Assembly (NCBI GenBank): GCA_036281075.1
Contig: DASUPO010000006.1
Location: 9,350 to 73,349 of the forward strand
Reading direction: 5' to 3'
Length of the DNA: 64,000 bases
Origin: Actinomycetota bacterium
GTDB lineage: Bacteria > Actinomycetota > UBA4738 > HRBIN12
Every line of letters begins with the position of its first letter. The stretch's first letter is position 1. The notes beneath the pieces were generated by a model, which saw nothing but the letters and a program-made list of their open reading frames with translations, was not told where the DNA came from and searched no databases. Shown here one piece after another: positions 9,370 to 17,795 of the stretch. A program made the position numbers and the translations under genes.

Positions 9370-9399
9370 ACTCTATATCTTGCAGGACGAGCGTGTCCA
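9370..9399 (-). promoter_or_regulatory. Promoter of ABC cassette A: TGGACA-N18-TAGAGT
   Basis: In gene orientation: gccTGGACAcgctcgtcctgcaagataTAGAGTgc, about 35 nt before ATG 9329. It shares GCCTGGACA and ATAGAGTGC with cassette B. Confidence 0.55.
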
Positions 9400-9413
9400 G
9401 GCAGGTCGCTTTC

Positions 9414-10469
9414 CTAGCCCAGGCGGTCCGACCGCGCGAGCGCCTCCTCCCCGTAGACCTCGGGGTTGACCACGTGGGGCGGCCGTTCGCCGGCGATCAT
9501 CGCTCGGAGGTTTTCGACGACCGCGAGCGCCATCGCCTCCCTCGCCTCGACCGTGGCGCTGCCGATGTGGGGGGTGAGGATCAGGTTCGGCAGGTCGAAG
9601 AGCTCGCGGCTCGGCGAGGGCTCCCCCACGGGAGGCTCCGTCCAGTAGACGTCCAGGCCGGCGCCGGCGATCGTTCGGTCGCGCAGCGCGTCGATCAGCG
9701 CCGGCTCGTCGACGATCCGTCCGCGGGCCGTGTTCACGAGATACGCGGACGGCTTCATCAGGCCGAACTCGCGGGCGCCGATCAGCCGATGCGTCGTGGC
9801 GTTGTAGGTGGCCATCAGCACCACGACGTCGGCTCGACGGAGGAGCTCGTCGAGCTCCGGCTCCCAGGTCACGCCGAGCTCGCGTTCGCGTTCGGCCGAC
9901 AGGCGGTTCCGCTTCGTGTACACGACGTCCATCTCGAACGCCCGGAGTCGCCCGACGATCTCGGCGCCGATCTCACCGAGGCCCACCATGCCGACGGTCT
10001 TGCCCGAGAGCTCCCGCGTGAGGAACGACGTGGACTGCTCCTGGTGGAAGCGGCCGTCGCGCACGAACCGATCGGCCTCGACGAGCCGCCAGAACAACCC
10101 GAGGACGAGCGCGCACGTCAGGTCGCAGGTCGTCTTCGTGATCACGTGCGGCACGACGGTCACGGGCAGGCCGCGGCGGGTCGCCGCGTCCACGTCGACG
10201 ACGTTCGGGAACAGGGCCATCGTAGCGATCCCCTTGAGGCGGGGCGCGGCGTCCAACACCTCCCCGTCGATCGGCGTGTCGCCCAGCATCCACAGGTAGT
10301 CGCTGTCCCGGACCGCCGCGAGCAGCACATCGCGGGGGATCATCCGATCGGAGTCGTGGACCTCGACGTCGGCGACCTCCTCGAGGGCGAGGCGGCCGAC
10401 GTCCATGATCGGCTGGACGACGAAGACCTTCGGCCGCGTGGGCGGCGCGTCGCTCCCGCCCGGGGTCAC
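9414..10469 (-). CDS. D-isomer-specific 2-hydroxyacid dehydrogenase (glyoxylate/hydroxypyruvate reductase-like)
   Basis: NAD-binding motif GKTVGMVGLGEIGAEIV and the 2-Hacid_dh_C pattern (NTARG...D...LILTPHIGSAT). GTG 10469 overlaps the upstream stop (GTGA). Confidence 0.85.
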   Translation of the reverse strand: MTPGGSDAPPTRPKVFVVQPIMDVGRLALEEVADVEVHDSDRMIPRDVLLAAVRDSDYLWMLGDTPIDGEVLDAAPRLKGIATMALFPNVVDVDAATRRGLPVTVVPHVITKTTCDLTCALVLGLFWRLVEADRFVRDGRFHQEQSTSFLTRELSGKTVGMVGLGEIGAEIVGRLRAFEMDVVYTKRNRLSAERERELGVTWEPELDELLRRADVVVLMATYNATTHRLIGAREFGLMKPSAYLVNTARGRIVDEPALIDALRDRTIAGAGLDVYWTEPPVGEPSPSRELFDLPNLILTPHIGSATVEAREAMALAVVENLRAMIAGERPPHVVNPEVYGEEALARSDRLG

Positions 10470-11452
10470 CGAGCCGCCGCTCGCGCGGCCCCGAACAGGG
10501 ACGCCGCCGTGCCCCGCAGCAGCGCGTGCCGCTCGTCCTCGCTGAGCTCGGTCATCGTCTCGAGGCGCCCCACGGGGTCGTCGAACGTCATCGGCGCGGG
10601 CCAATCCGTACCGAAGACGACCCGGTCGGCGCCGACGACGTCGATCAGGAACCGCAGGTTCCGGGGCGTGTAGACGACCGTGTCGTAGTAGAAGCGCCGC
10701 ACGTAGGCGCTGGGCCGGTCCTGCGATCTGCCCCGCTGCCCGGGCCAGACCTCCCAGCCCTTGTCGAGCCGGTCGAGGGCGTAGGGAACGTACCCGCCAC
10801 CGTGGCACAGGCAGATCGTGAGGTCCGGGTACCGGTCGAGCACGCCGCCGTACACGAACGCGGCGAACGTGATCGCCCGATCGACCAGGTTCCCGATCGA
10901 GTTCAACAGGAAGTACTTCCGGGTCCGATACGTGACCGTCGTGTGCTGGTACTGGTGGATCAACAGGAACGCGTGGAGATCCTGCGCCGCTTCCCAGACA
11001 GGTTCGAACTGATCATGATCGTACGTGAGTCCGTTGACGTGATCGTCGATCATGAACCCGGTCAATCCGAGCTCGCGGATGCCGCGCGTCATCTCGTCGA
11101 CGGCACGCGGCGGATCCTGCATGGGTAACGTGCCGAGCCCCATGAACCGATCGGGGTGGTCGCGCACCATGCCGGCGATCTCCTCGTTCGCCTCGCGCGA
11201 GATGCGCTCGGTAACCTCCGGCGCCTGGTGGTACTGGTAGAAGACGTCGGTTGGCGACACGACCTGGACGTCGATCCGCAGATCGTCCATCGTCTCGAGG
11301 CGTTTCGGGACGTCCCACCTGTTGCGGACGTTGTCGAGCTCCCCGTCCGCGCTCGTCATCCCGTGCCAGTCGGTCCCGCCGTCGAGCACGGCCCGCTGGA
11401 AGCGTTGCAGGGTGCAGTGACAGTGCACGTCGACGATCGGAGCTCCCGCCAT
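10466..11452 (-). CDS. Amidohydrolase_2 (ACMSD-type hydrolase/decarboxylase)
   Basis: MAGAPIVDVHCHC...CLCHGGG...GTDWP. ATG 11452 follows GGGAGGA. Confidence 0.85.
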   Translation of the reverse strand: MAGAPIVDVHCHCTLQRFQRAVLDGGTDWHGMTSADGELDNVRNRWDVPKRLETMDDLRIDVQVVSPTDVFYQYHQAPEVTERISREANEEIAGMVRDHPDRFMGLGTLPMQDPPRAVDEMTRGIRELGLTGFMIDDHVNGLTYDHDQFEPVWEAAQDLHAFLLIHQYQHTTVTYRTRKYFLLNSIGNLVDRAITFAAFVYGGVLDRYPDLTICLCHGGGYVPYALDRLDKGWEVWPGQRGRSQDRPSAYVRRFYYDTVVYTPRNLRFLIDVVGADRVVFGTDWPAPMTFDDPVGRLETMTELSEDERHALLRGTAASLFGAARAAAR

Positions 11453-11475
11453 CCGTCGGTCCTCCCGGTCGGCGC

Positions 11476-12168
11476 TCAGTGCCCGTGCATCCGATGGGTG
11501 AGGCGAGCGGTCCACTCGTATTTCGTGGCCTCGGCCAGGGACCGCATCACGTCCCGGTACCCCTCGCCGTCGATCAGGGCCTTCGCCGTCGCCTGTTCGG
11601 AGAGCTGGAGGTCGAGGATCCAGTCATAGTCCGTCCGGAGCGTGCCGACGTTCGTGCCGATCGTGAGCTTCTCGACACCCGGCTCGTCCGCGAGACGCTT
11701 CACCTCCGCCAACGCTCGTTCCTTGCCGGCGTCGTCGACGTCGGACCGCCACAGGAACATCGCCGAGTGGCGCACCTTGCCCGCCTCCATCAGTGGCGCG
11801 CCGTCGTACCACCAGTCGATCCGCGCCGTCATCTCGCCCTGGCAGACCGAGGCGTTGTAGACGGCGATCTCGTGGTGGACGTCGTCCTCGTTGTAGGCCT
11901 TCAGGCCTGCTTCGTCCTCGAAGTCCAGGTGCAGGGCGACGTCGTAGTCCGACGGCGGGCCCTCCGTGGCGCCGTGCCACCGGGGCGTGCGCTCCCACGG
12001 TTTCGTGTCCCGCAGGTGCAGCGAGCCGCCGAAGAGATCGGACCCGAAGTCGATCGCGACCGGCCCCGCGGCCGTGAAGCGCATGTAGGCGGACCCCTTC
12101 TGCATCCACTTCATCTCCTCGGGGCCGCTCCCCTCACGCAGCAGGAAGAAAGCGGTGTGTCTCAGCAC
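11476..12168 (-). CDS. Tandem (double) Dabb-domain protein
   Basis: There are two Dabb-like halves: (M)LRHTAFFLLREG...LHLDFEDEAGLKAY and VRHSAMFLWRSD...KLTIGTN...DWILDL. GTG start 9 nt after the ATPase stop, behind GGAGGA. Confidence 0.75.
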   Translation of the reverse strand: MLRHTAFFLLREGSGPEEMKWMQKGSAYMRFTAAGPVAIDFGSDLFGGSLHLRDTKPWERTPRWHGATEGPPSDYDVALHLDFEDEAGLKAYNEDDVHHEIAVYNASVCQGEMTARIDWWYDGAPLMEAGKVRHSAMFLWRSDVDDAGKERALAEVKRLADEPGVEKLTIGTNVGTLRTDYDWILDLQLSEQATAKALIDGEGYRDVMRSLAEATKYEWTARLTHRMHGH

Positions 12169-12177
12169 GGGTCCTCC

Positions 12178-12939
12178 TCACGCGTCGACCATCGGTCGTT
12201 CCATCTCCTCGAACAGCTCGAGGATCTCGGTCTGCTGGATCGCGACCTCCCTGTCCGTCTGGAGTCGTGGGAACGGCAGGTCGATCGCGAGATCGCGGAA
12301 GATCTTGCCCTGGCTGCTCATCATCAGGATCCGGCTGGACAGGAGCACGGCCTCGAGGACGTCGTGGGTCACGAACAGCACCGTGGAGCCGGTATCGAGC
12401 CACAACCGCTGGAGCTCCACGCGGAGGTCGCGGGCGGTGATCGCGTCGAGGTGGCTGAAGGGCTCGTCCATCAGCAGCAGGTCCGGCTCGATCGACAGGG
12501 CCCTCGCGATCCCGACGCGCTGCTGCATCCCGCCGGAGAGCTGCCCCGGGTACATCCCCGCGGTGGACCCGAGGTTCACGAGATCGAGGTAGCGGCGCCC
12601 TCGCTCGGTCCGCTCCTCCGTCGAACCCTCGTCGAGCACGTAGACCATGTTGTCCAGGACCGTCTTCCACGGGAGGAGCCGGGGGTCCTGGAACACGTAG
12701 CCGATCCTGGCCTCGCCCTCGGTGCGGCCGTGCACCTCCAGGGTCCCGGCGCTCGGCATCTCGATCCCGGACACCATGTTCAGGAACGTGCTCTTGCCGC
12801 AGCCCGACGGGCCGACGAGCGTCACGAACGTGTGACCCTCGGCCTCGAAGCTCACGTCTCGCAACGCGAACACGGGATCCTGGCCCGCCCGCGTGGGCGG
12901 GAACACCTTCTTGACCTCGCGCGCTACCAGTCGAGCCAC
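12178..12939 (-). CDS. ABC transporter ATP-binding protein, NitT/TauT family (cassette B)
   Basis: GPSGCGKST, FQDPRLLPW, LSGGMQQR, LLLMDEPFSHLD. Confidence 0.9.
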   Translation of the reverse strand: MARLVAREVKKVFPPTRAGQDPVFALRDVSFEAEGHTFVTLVGPSGCGKSTFLNMVSGIEMPSAGTLEVHGRTEGEARIGYVFQDPRLLPWKTVLDNMVYVLDEGSTEERTERGRRYLDLVNLGSTAGMYPGQLSGGMQQRVGIARALSIEPDLLLMDEPFSHLDAITARDLRVELQRLWLDTGSTVLFVTHDVLEAVLLSSRILMMSSQGKIFRDLAIDLPFPRLQTDREVAIQQTEILELFEEMERPMVDA

Positions 12940-12970
12940 GTCGGCTCTTCCCCGGCGAGCGCGGCCGTGA

Positions 12971-13819
12971 TCACGACCACTGCTGCCCCCCGATCCGCCA
13001 GCTCCGGAAGCGACGCACGATCCGGTCCATCACGACGCGATCGAACGTGAGGATGATGATCATCATCACGAGACCCCAGGCCATCATGCCCTCGAAGCTG
13101 CGGGCGTCGTACCAGAAGTGGGCGCGGAAACCGACCCCCTTGTCGTTGCCGAACCACTCGACGAGCAGGATGGCGCCCCAGCCCGCCAGCACCGCGGACC
13201 GGAACCCGGCGGCGATGTATTCCATCATCGACGGGATCACGAGCCACCGGAACTGGCGCCGCGTGCCGACCCGATACGCGTCCGACATCGCGAGCAGCCG
13301 CCCCGGCGTCGCGGTCGCGCCCTGGAACGTGTTCACGACGAGCTGCGGGGTGGCCGACACCACGCAGACCGTGATGGGGCCGATGTTGCTGAAACCCCAC
13401 CACATCACGACGAGGAGGGCCCAGATGAAGGCCGGCAACGTGATCCCCACGAGGATCAGGTCGGTGAGGAAGTAGCGGACGCGCCACCATCGCGCCATCG
13501 CGATCCCGATCGCCACCCCCAGGACGAGCACGATCGAGAGCCCGATCACGGCGCGGAACAGGCTGATCGCCACGTTCGGCAGCACCTCGCCGCGCCGGAA
13601 CTCCTCGATCAGGAACTCGACGGTCCCGAGCGGCGTCGGGATGTCCTCGAAGGTGGACCCCGCCCACTGCCAGACGAGCAGGAACGCCACGCGGGCCGTG
13701 TAGCGCGCGGCCCGGTCCGAGGCGAGCCACCACCAGGGGGAGCGTTGCGGCGTGAGCAGGAAGCCGGGGATGTCGGCGGCAGCCGCGTCCTCGCGGACGG
13801 TGGTCCCGGTCCCGCTCAT
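12971..13819 (-). CDS. ABC transporter permease 2 (cassette B)
   Basis: Multi-TM BPD_transp_1-type protein. ATG 13819 overlaps the upstream stop (ATGA). Confidence 0.85.
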   Translation of the reverse strand: MSGTGTTVREDAAAADIPGFLLTPQRSPWWWLASDRAARYTARVAFLLVWQWAGSTFEDIPTPLGTVEFLIEEFRRGEVLPNVAISLFRAVIGLSIVLVLGVAIGIAMARWWRVRYFLTDLILVGITLPAFIWALLVVMWWGFSNIGPITVCVVSATPQLVVNTFQGATATPGRLLAMSDAYRVGTRRQFRWLVIPSMMEYIAAGFRSAVLAGWGAILLVEWFGNDKGVGFRAHFWYDARSFEGMMAWGLVMMIIILTFDRVVMDRIVRRFRSWRIGGQQWS

Positions 13820-14670
13820 GCGACCTGCTCTCTGGCGCCGGCCGGATCCCGCCAGCGGAAGACCCGTCGCTCCGCCGGCGCGATCAGCAGCCGCTCGACG
13901 AGGATCACGAAGATCACGAAGAAGAACATCCACGCGAGGAGGTCGAGGACCGAGAACGTCTGGAAGGCCTTCTCGAGCTGGTACCCGACGCCCAGGTAGC
14001 CGCCGAACGTCTCCGCGAGCGCCGCGAGTTTCCAGGAGTTGGCGAACGAGACCCGGCCGCTCGCGAACAGGAACGGGACGACCGACGGCACCACGATGCT
14101 CCGGAGGGTCCGCCGGCTGCTGCGTCGGAACGAGCGGCTCATCGCGAGCAGCCCCCGGTCGACGGACTCGACGCCGGCCGCCGTGTTGATCGCGATCCCG
14201 GTGAACGCCTCCAGCGCGACGACGAACGCCGGCCCCCACGGGCTGATGCCGAACACCACGATCGCGATCACCGCGTACACGAGCAGCGGCACGTTCGCGA
14301 ACAGATAGACGAAGTCGTGGAAGAAGGCCCGAGCGTAGCGGTACCGGCCCATCAGCATCCCGATCGGGATCCCGATCGCGAGCGCCATCACCCAGCCGGC
14401 CATCGTCTTCAGGAAGCTGCTCAGGAAGTTCGTGAACACGACGCCGGAGACGAGAAGCTCCCACATCCGCTCGGCTACCGCGAGGGGAGACGGCAAGACG
14501 TAGGGCTCGAGGACCGTTGAGAAGTACGCCCAGACCGCGATGAAGCTCGCGGCACCGAGCAGGGAGTAGAGGATCTTCGCTCGGGTGCGTTTGCCGCTCG
14601 AGGCGAGGGCATCGATCGCCTCCTGCTCGAGCTCCTCGAGGCTCTTCTCGGTCTCGGCGGTCGCGGTCAT
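13816..14670 (-). CDS. ABC transporter permease 1 (cassette B)
   Basis: 284-aa multi-TM ORF, paralogous to 7355..8245. Confidence 0.85.
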   Translation of the reverse strand: MTATAETEKSLEELEQEAIDALASSGKRTRAKILYSLLGAASFIAVWAYFSTVLEPYVLPSPLAVAERMWELLVSGVVFTNFLSSFLKTMAGWVMALAIGIPIGMLMGRYRYARAFFHDFVYLFANVPLLVYAVIAIVVFGISPWGPAFVVALEAFTGIAINTAAGVESVDRGLLAMSRSFRRSSRRTLRSIVVPSVVPFLFASGRVSFANSWKLAALAETFGGYLGVGYQLEKAFQTFSVLDLLAWMFFFVIFVILVERLLIAPAERRVFRWRDPAGAREQVA

Positions 14671-14682
14671 GAGGGGAGAGGG

Positions 14683-14715
14683 CGGTGCCGCGTCACCGAT
14701 GCGACGCCGGCACCG
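14683..14715 (-). promoter_or_regulatory. Intercistronic stem-loop between the binding-protein and permease genes (cassette B)
   Basis: cggtgccgcgtc-accgatg-cgacgccggcaccg forms a 12-bp stem with one bulge. Confidence 0.5.
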
Positions 14716-14724
14716 GATCGCTCG

Positions 14725-15792
14725 CTAGAAGCCCTCCGGACAGGGCTCGCCTTCCGGATCCTCCATCACTTCGTGCCGAGGGAACTCCGCGTCTTCAGGG
14801 ACGACGCCGGCCTCCTGGACGAGATCGAACACCGGCCGCTCGCCTTCGATCCACTCCTCGGTCAGGTACGGGCTCTCCACGAACCAGTCGAAGGTGTTCT
14901 CGAAGTAGTCCTTCATGAACTGCGCCTCGGACTCGTTCTCGACCGCGAAGTGCTGCGGGTACGTATCGATGATCTCTTCGCGGTTCTGCTCCCACTGGAC
15001 CATCGCGCAGTCCCACACCTCTTGGAAGAAGGCCGCCGCCTCCGGGTTCGCGTCGAACCACTCGGCGCGGGACACGAACGCGTTGCTCAGCACGCCCTCG
15101 TGACCCGGCACGATCTCCTCACCGTAGAGCTGCGATGCCGACTTCCCGTCGTACATCACGGTCAGGTCGCCCGAAGCCATATCCGGGATCACCTGGGTGG
15201 GGTCGAGGATCCCGGCGCACGCCTCGTCCTCCCGCAGCAGGTTGGGGATCACCTGGTAGTCGGCCGTCACGATCCCGATGTCGTCCGAGCCCTCCGCGAC
15301 CTCGCGGCCGTCGAGCTCGTTGATCAGCGATCCCCAGATGATCGTGTTGCCGGTCACCGACTCCGTCGCGATCTTGCAGCCCGCCGGGAAGTCGGATGCC
15401 GTCTGATACTCGGGGTGCGCCGTCACGAGCACATCCTTGTTCATGTTGAACTGGCCGAACGTGACGGTCTCGATGCCCTGCTCCTCGAGGAGCGGCGTCT
15501 CGTATGTCCCGGTCGACACGACATCGGCGTGGCCGCCGGCGAACGTCGCCCACTCGTCCCACGTGGCGAGCTGGATGATCCTGAAGCCGGACTCCTGCTC
15601 CATCGCCTCGAGGATCCCCTGATCCTTCATCCAGTCCCAGGCGGGGTCGGGGGCGAACGTGAACCGGATGATGTTGCTCTTCTCGCCCTCGCCGCCACCT
15701 CCCCCTCCGCCGCCGTCATCCCCGCACGAAGCGAGCACGAGCGTGCCGACTGCGAGGAACGCGGCACCGCGGAGCCACCTGCGACGAGCCAT
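14725..15792 (-). CDS. ABC substrate-binding lipoprotein, NMT1/TauA-like (cassette B)
   Basis: MARRRWLRGAAFLAVGTLVLASCGDD lipobox. Shared blocks IIRFTFAPDP and FAGGHADVVS. ATG 15792 follows GGGGAGGGGG. Confidence 0.85.
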   Translation of the reverse strand: MARRRWLRGAAFLAVGTLVLASCGDDGGGGGGGGEGEKSNIIRFTFAPDPAWDWMKDQGILEAMEQESGFRIIQLATWDEWATFAGGHADVVSTGTYETPLLEEQGIETVTFGQFNMNKDVLVTAHPEYQTASDFPAGCKIATESVTGNTIIWGSLINELDGREVAEGSDDIGIVTADYQVIPNLLREDEACAGILDPTQVIPDMASGDLTVMYDGKSASQLYGEEIVPGHEGVLSNAFVSRAEWFDANPEAAAFFQEVWDCAMVQWEQNREEIIDTYPQHFAVENESEAQFMKDYFENTFDWFVESPYLTEEWIEGERPVFDLVQEAGVVPEDAEFPRHEVMEDPEGEPCPEGF

Positions 15793-15835
15793 CGGTGAAC
15801 CCCCTCCCCTGGACGGACTCGAGCCCAGGTGAAGC

Positions 15836-15864
15836 ACTCTATAGAATATGCGAAGGCTTGTCCA
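15836..15864 (-). promoter_or_regulatory. Promoter of ABC cassette B: TGGACA-N17-TAGAGT
   Basis: In gene orientation: gccTGGACAagccttcgcatattctaTAGAGTgc, about 37 nt before ATG 15792. Confidence 0.55.
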
Positions 15865-15910
15865 GGCAACGCCCCTGCAGGGGCGGCGACGGGACCCGGG
15901 GATACGCGGC

Positions 15911-16903
15911 CTAGCGGAGATCGGAGACGTCGACCGTGGAACCGGCCTCGACGCTGCGGCCGATCGCTTCGAGCACGGCCGCGACCTCGATCGCCTCCGA
16001 GATCCCCGTTTCCGGACGCCCGCCGTCGCGGACGTTCTTCGCGAACTCCGCCATCTCGTCGGTGATCGTGTCGAGCGTCTCGACCGCCTGCTCGCTCCGC
16101 ACCGGATCGGACCGTGGCTGCGTGAAGAGCCGGCTGCCGTCCTCCTCGTTCCACACGGCGGACTCCGTCCCGAAGACGGACAGCGAGACCACGGGTGAGG
16201 CGAAGTAGGTCGTGTTGATCGACCCGAGGGGGCCCGCCGCGTACTCGATCAGCACGGTCGTGGCCTCGTCGAGATCGGTGACGCCGTCGATCCTCGTGCT
16301 GAACGCCGTCAGGCGCTTCGCCGGGCCGACGAAGTAGTTGAACGTGTCGACCGTGTGCACGCCGAGCGCGGTCATGCCCCCGTAGGGACACTCGTCCGGA
16401 TCCTTCCGCCAGGGCGGCAGGTCCGGCTTGAAGCCGCCCGGGGCGGTGTGCATCCCGTCGAGGTGGAGGACGGTCCCGAGCTCGCCGCCATCGATCATCG
16501 ACTTGATCCGGCGGTTGGCGGGCTGGCGTCGACGGTTGTGCCCGACCTGGACGACGACGCCCGCACGGTCGGCGGCCTCCGCGACGCGCTTCGTGTCGGC
16601 GACGGTGAGCGCGAGCGGCTTCTCCACGAACACGTGCTTGCCCGCCTCCGCCGCGCGGACGGCGAGGTCGGCGTGGGTCGAATGCGGCGTCACGATCAGG
16701 ACGCCCTCGACATCAGGATCCCCGAACATCTCGTCGACGTCACGTACCGCGCGCGCGCCGTGCTGCTCCGCGAACGCACCACGCGTTTCCTCGGACCGGG
16801 CGAAGCAGGCGGTCACCTCCGCCAGGCCCGTCGTCCGGGCGCTCTCGGTCAGCACCCCACCGAACCAACCGAGTCCGATCACCCCGAGCCGAACCGTGTC
16901 CAT
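15911..16903 (-). CDS. Gfo/Idh/MocA family oxidoreductase
   Basis: MDTVRLGVIGLGWFGG Rossmann start, then ...VFVEKPLA...GHNRR. ATG 16903 follows GGAAGGGGA. The long track ORF upstream is an Arg-rich shadow. Confidence 0.85.
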   Translation of the reverse strand: MDTVRLGVIGLGWFGGVLTESARTTGLAEVTACFARSEETRGAFAEQHGARAVRDVDEMFGDPDVEGVLIVTPHSTHADLAVRAAEAGKHVFVEKPLALTVADTKRVAEAADRAGVVVQVGHNRRRQPANRRIKSMIDGGELGTVLHLDGMHTAPGGFKPDLPPWRKDPDECPYGGMTALGVHTVDTFNYFVGPAKRLTAFSTRIDGVTDLDEATTVLIEYAAGPLGSINTTYFASPVVSLSVFGTESAVWNEEDGSRLFTQPRSDPVRSEQAVETLDTITDEMAEFAKNVRDGGRPETGISEAIEVAAVLEAIGRSVEAGSTVDVSDLR

Positions 16904-16956
16904 CCGAAGATCCCCTTCCGTCACCGACGCGGCCTGGGCGTCGCGCCGCATCCCGT

Positions 16957-17637
16957 TCAGGCCGACCCGCGCTCCTCCGGCTTCGTCATCTCGATCGGCA
17001 TCGCCGCATGGCCTCGCATCACCTCGGCCGCCCGATCCGCATCCCTCGACCGGAACGCGTCGAGGAGCGCGAGGTGCTCCTCGTCGGCGCGACGGCGGAT
17101 CTCCGGGTGCCACCGCTGGGCCTGCGCGACGTACACGGTCGAGGACTCCTCGAACCCCTTCAGGATCGAGACGAGCCGACTCACGCCGGTGGACGCGTGG
17201 AACACGAGGTGGAACTGGGTGTTCAGCTCGACCCAATTCCCCAGGTCGCGTTCCTTCGCCATCCGCTGCCGGAGCCGCTCGGCTTCGTCCAGCTCCTCGT
17301 CCGTGATCCGATCCACGACGAGCTGCACAGCCAGCGGCTCGAGCTGCTGGCGGATCAGGCGGATCTCGTCCATCTCCTCCCAGTCGAGCTCGCGCACGAC
17401 GCCGCCCCGATGCCGGTCCAGCGTGATCAGACCCTCGGTCGCCAGGTCGCGGAGGGCTTCGCGCACGGGCGTCGTGCTCACGTTCAGCATCGCCGCGAGG
17501 TCCGCCTGGATCAGTCGCGACCCCCCTGAGAGGTCCCCTCGGAGGATCGCGCGCCGGAGCGAATCCTTCACGAACTCGTGGGCGGTGCGCCTGCCTCCGG
17601 TGGTGGCGACGTCCGCCCACCCGAGCTCGCCGGCCAT
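16957..17637 (-). CDS. GntR-family transcriptional regulator (FadR/FCD subfamily)
   Basis: Winged HTH (LIQADLAAMLNVSTTPVREALRDLATEGLI) plus a helical FCD-like C-terminal domain. ATG 17637 follows GGAGAGG. Confidence 0.85.
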   Translation of the reverse strand: MAGELGWADVATTGGRRTAHEFVKDSLRRAILRGDLSGGSRLIQADLAAMLNVSTTPVREALRDLATEGLITLDRHRGGVVRELDWEEMDEIRLIRQQLEPLAVQLVVDRITDEELDEAERLRQRMAKERDLGNWVELNTQFHLVFHASTGVSRLVSILKGFEESSTVYVAQAQRWHPEIRRRADEEHLALLDAFRSRDADRAAEVMRGHAAMPIEMTKPEERGSA

Positions 17638-17704
17638 CGACCTCTCCGTGGTCACGCGCCCCTCCTCCCAGACCTGATGGACCTGGGGTTTCACTTCAGA
17701 CAAG

Positions 17705-17717
17705 ATGTATGATACAT
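17705..17717. promoter_or_regulatory. Perfect 13-bp palindrome ATGTAT-G-ATACAT, a candidate GntR/FadR-type operator containing both divergent -10 boxes
   Basis: It lies between the GntR gene (start 17637, -) and the M24 gene (start 17796, +). It fits the t.GT.n.AC.a logic of FadR-subfamily operators. TATGAT (+, 17708-13) and TATCAT (-, 17709-14) are embedded. TGGACC at 17678-83 is a possible -35. Confidence 0.55.
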
Positions 17718-17795
17718 CTCCGTTCCGCGGATCCGTCGACACGCTCGCGGATCCCGGGCGAGGCGGGTGCAACCCCAGCGACCCGAGGAGGGATC

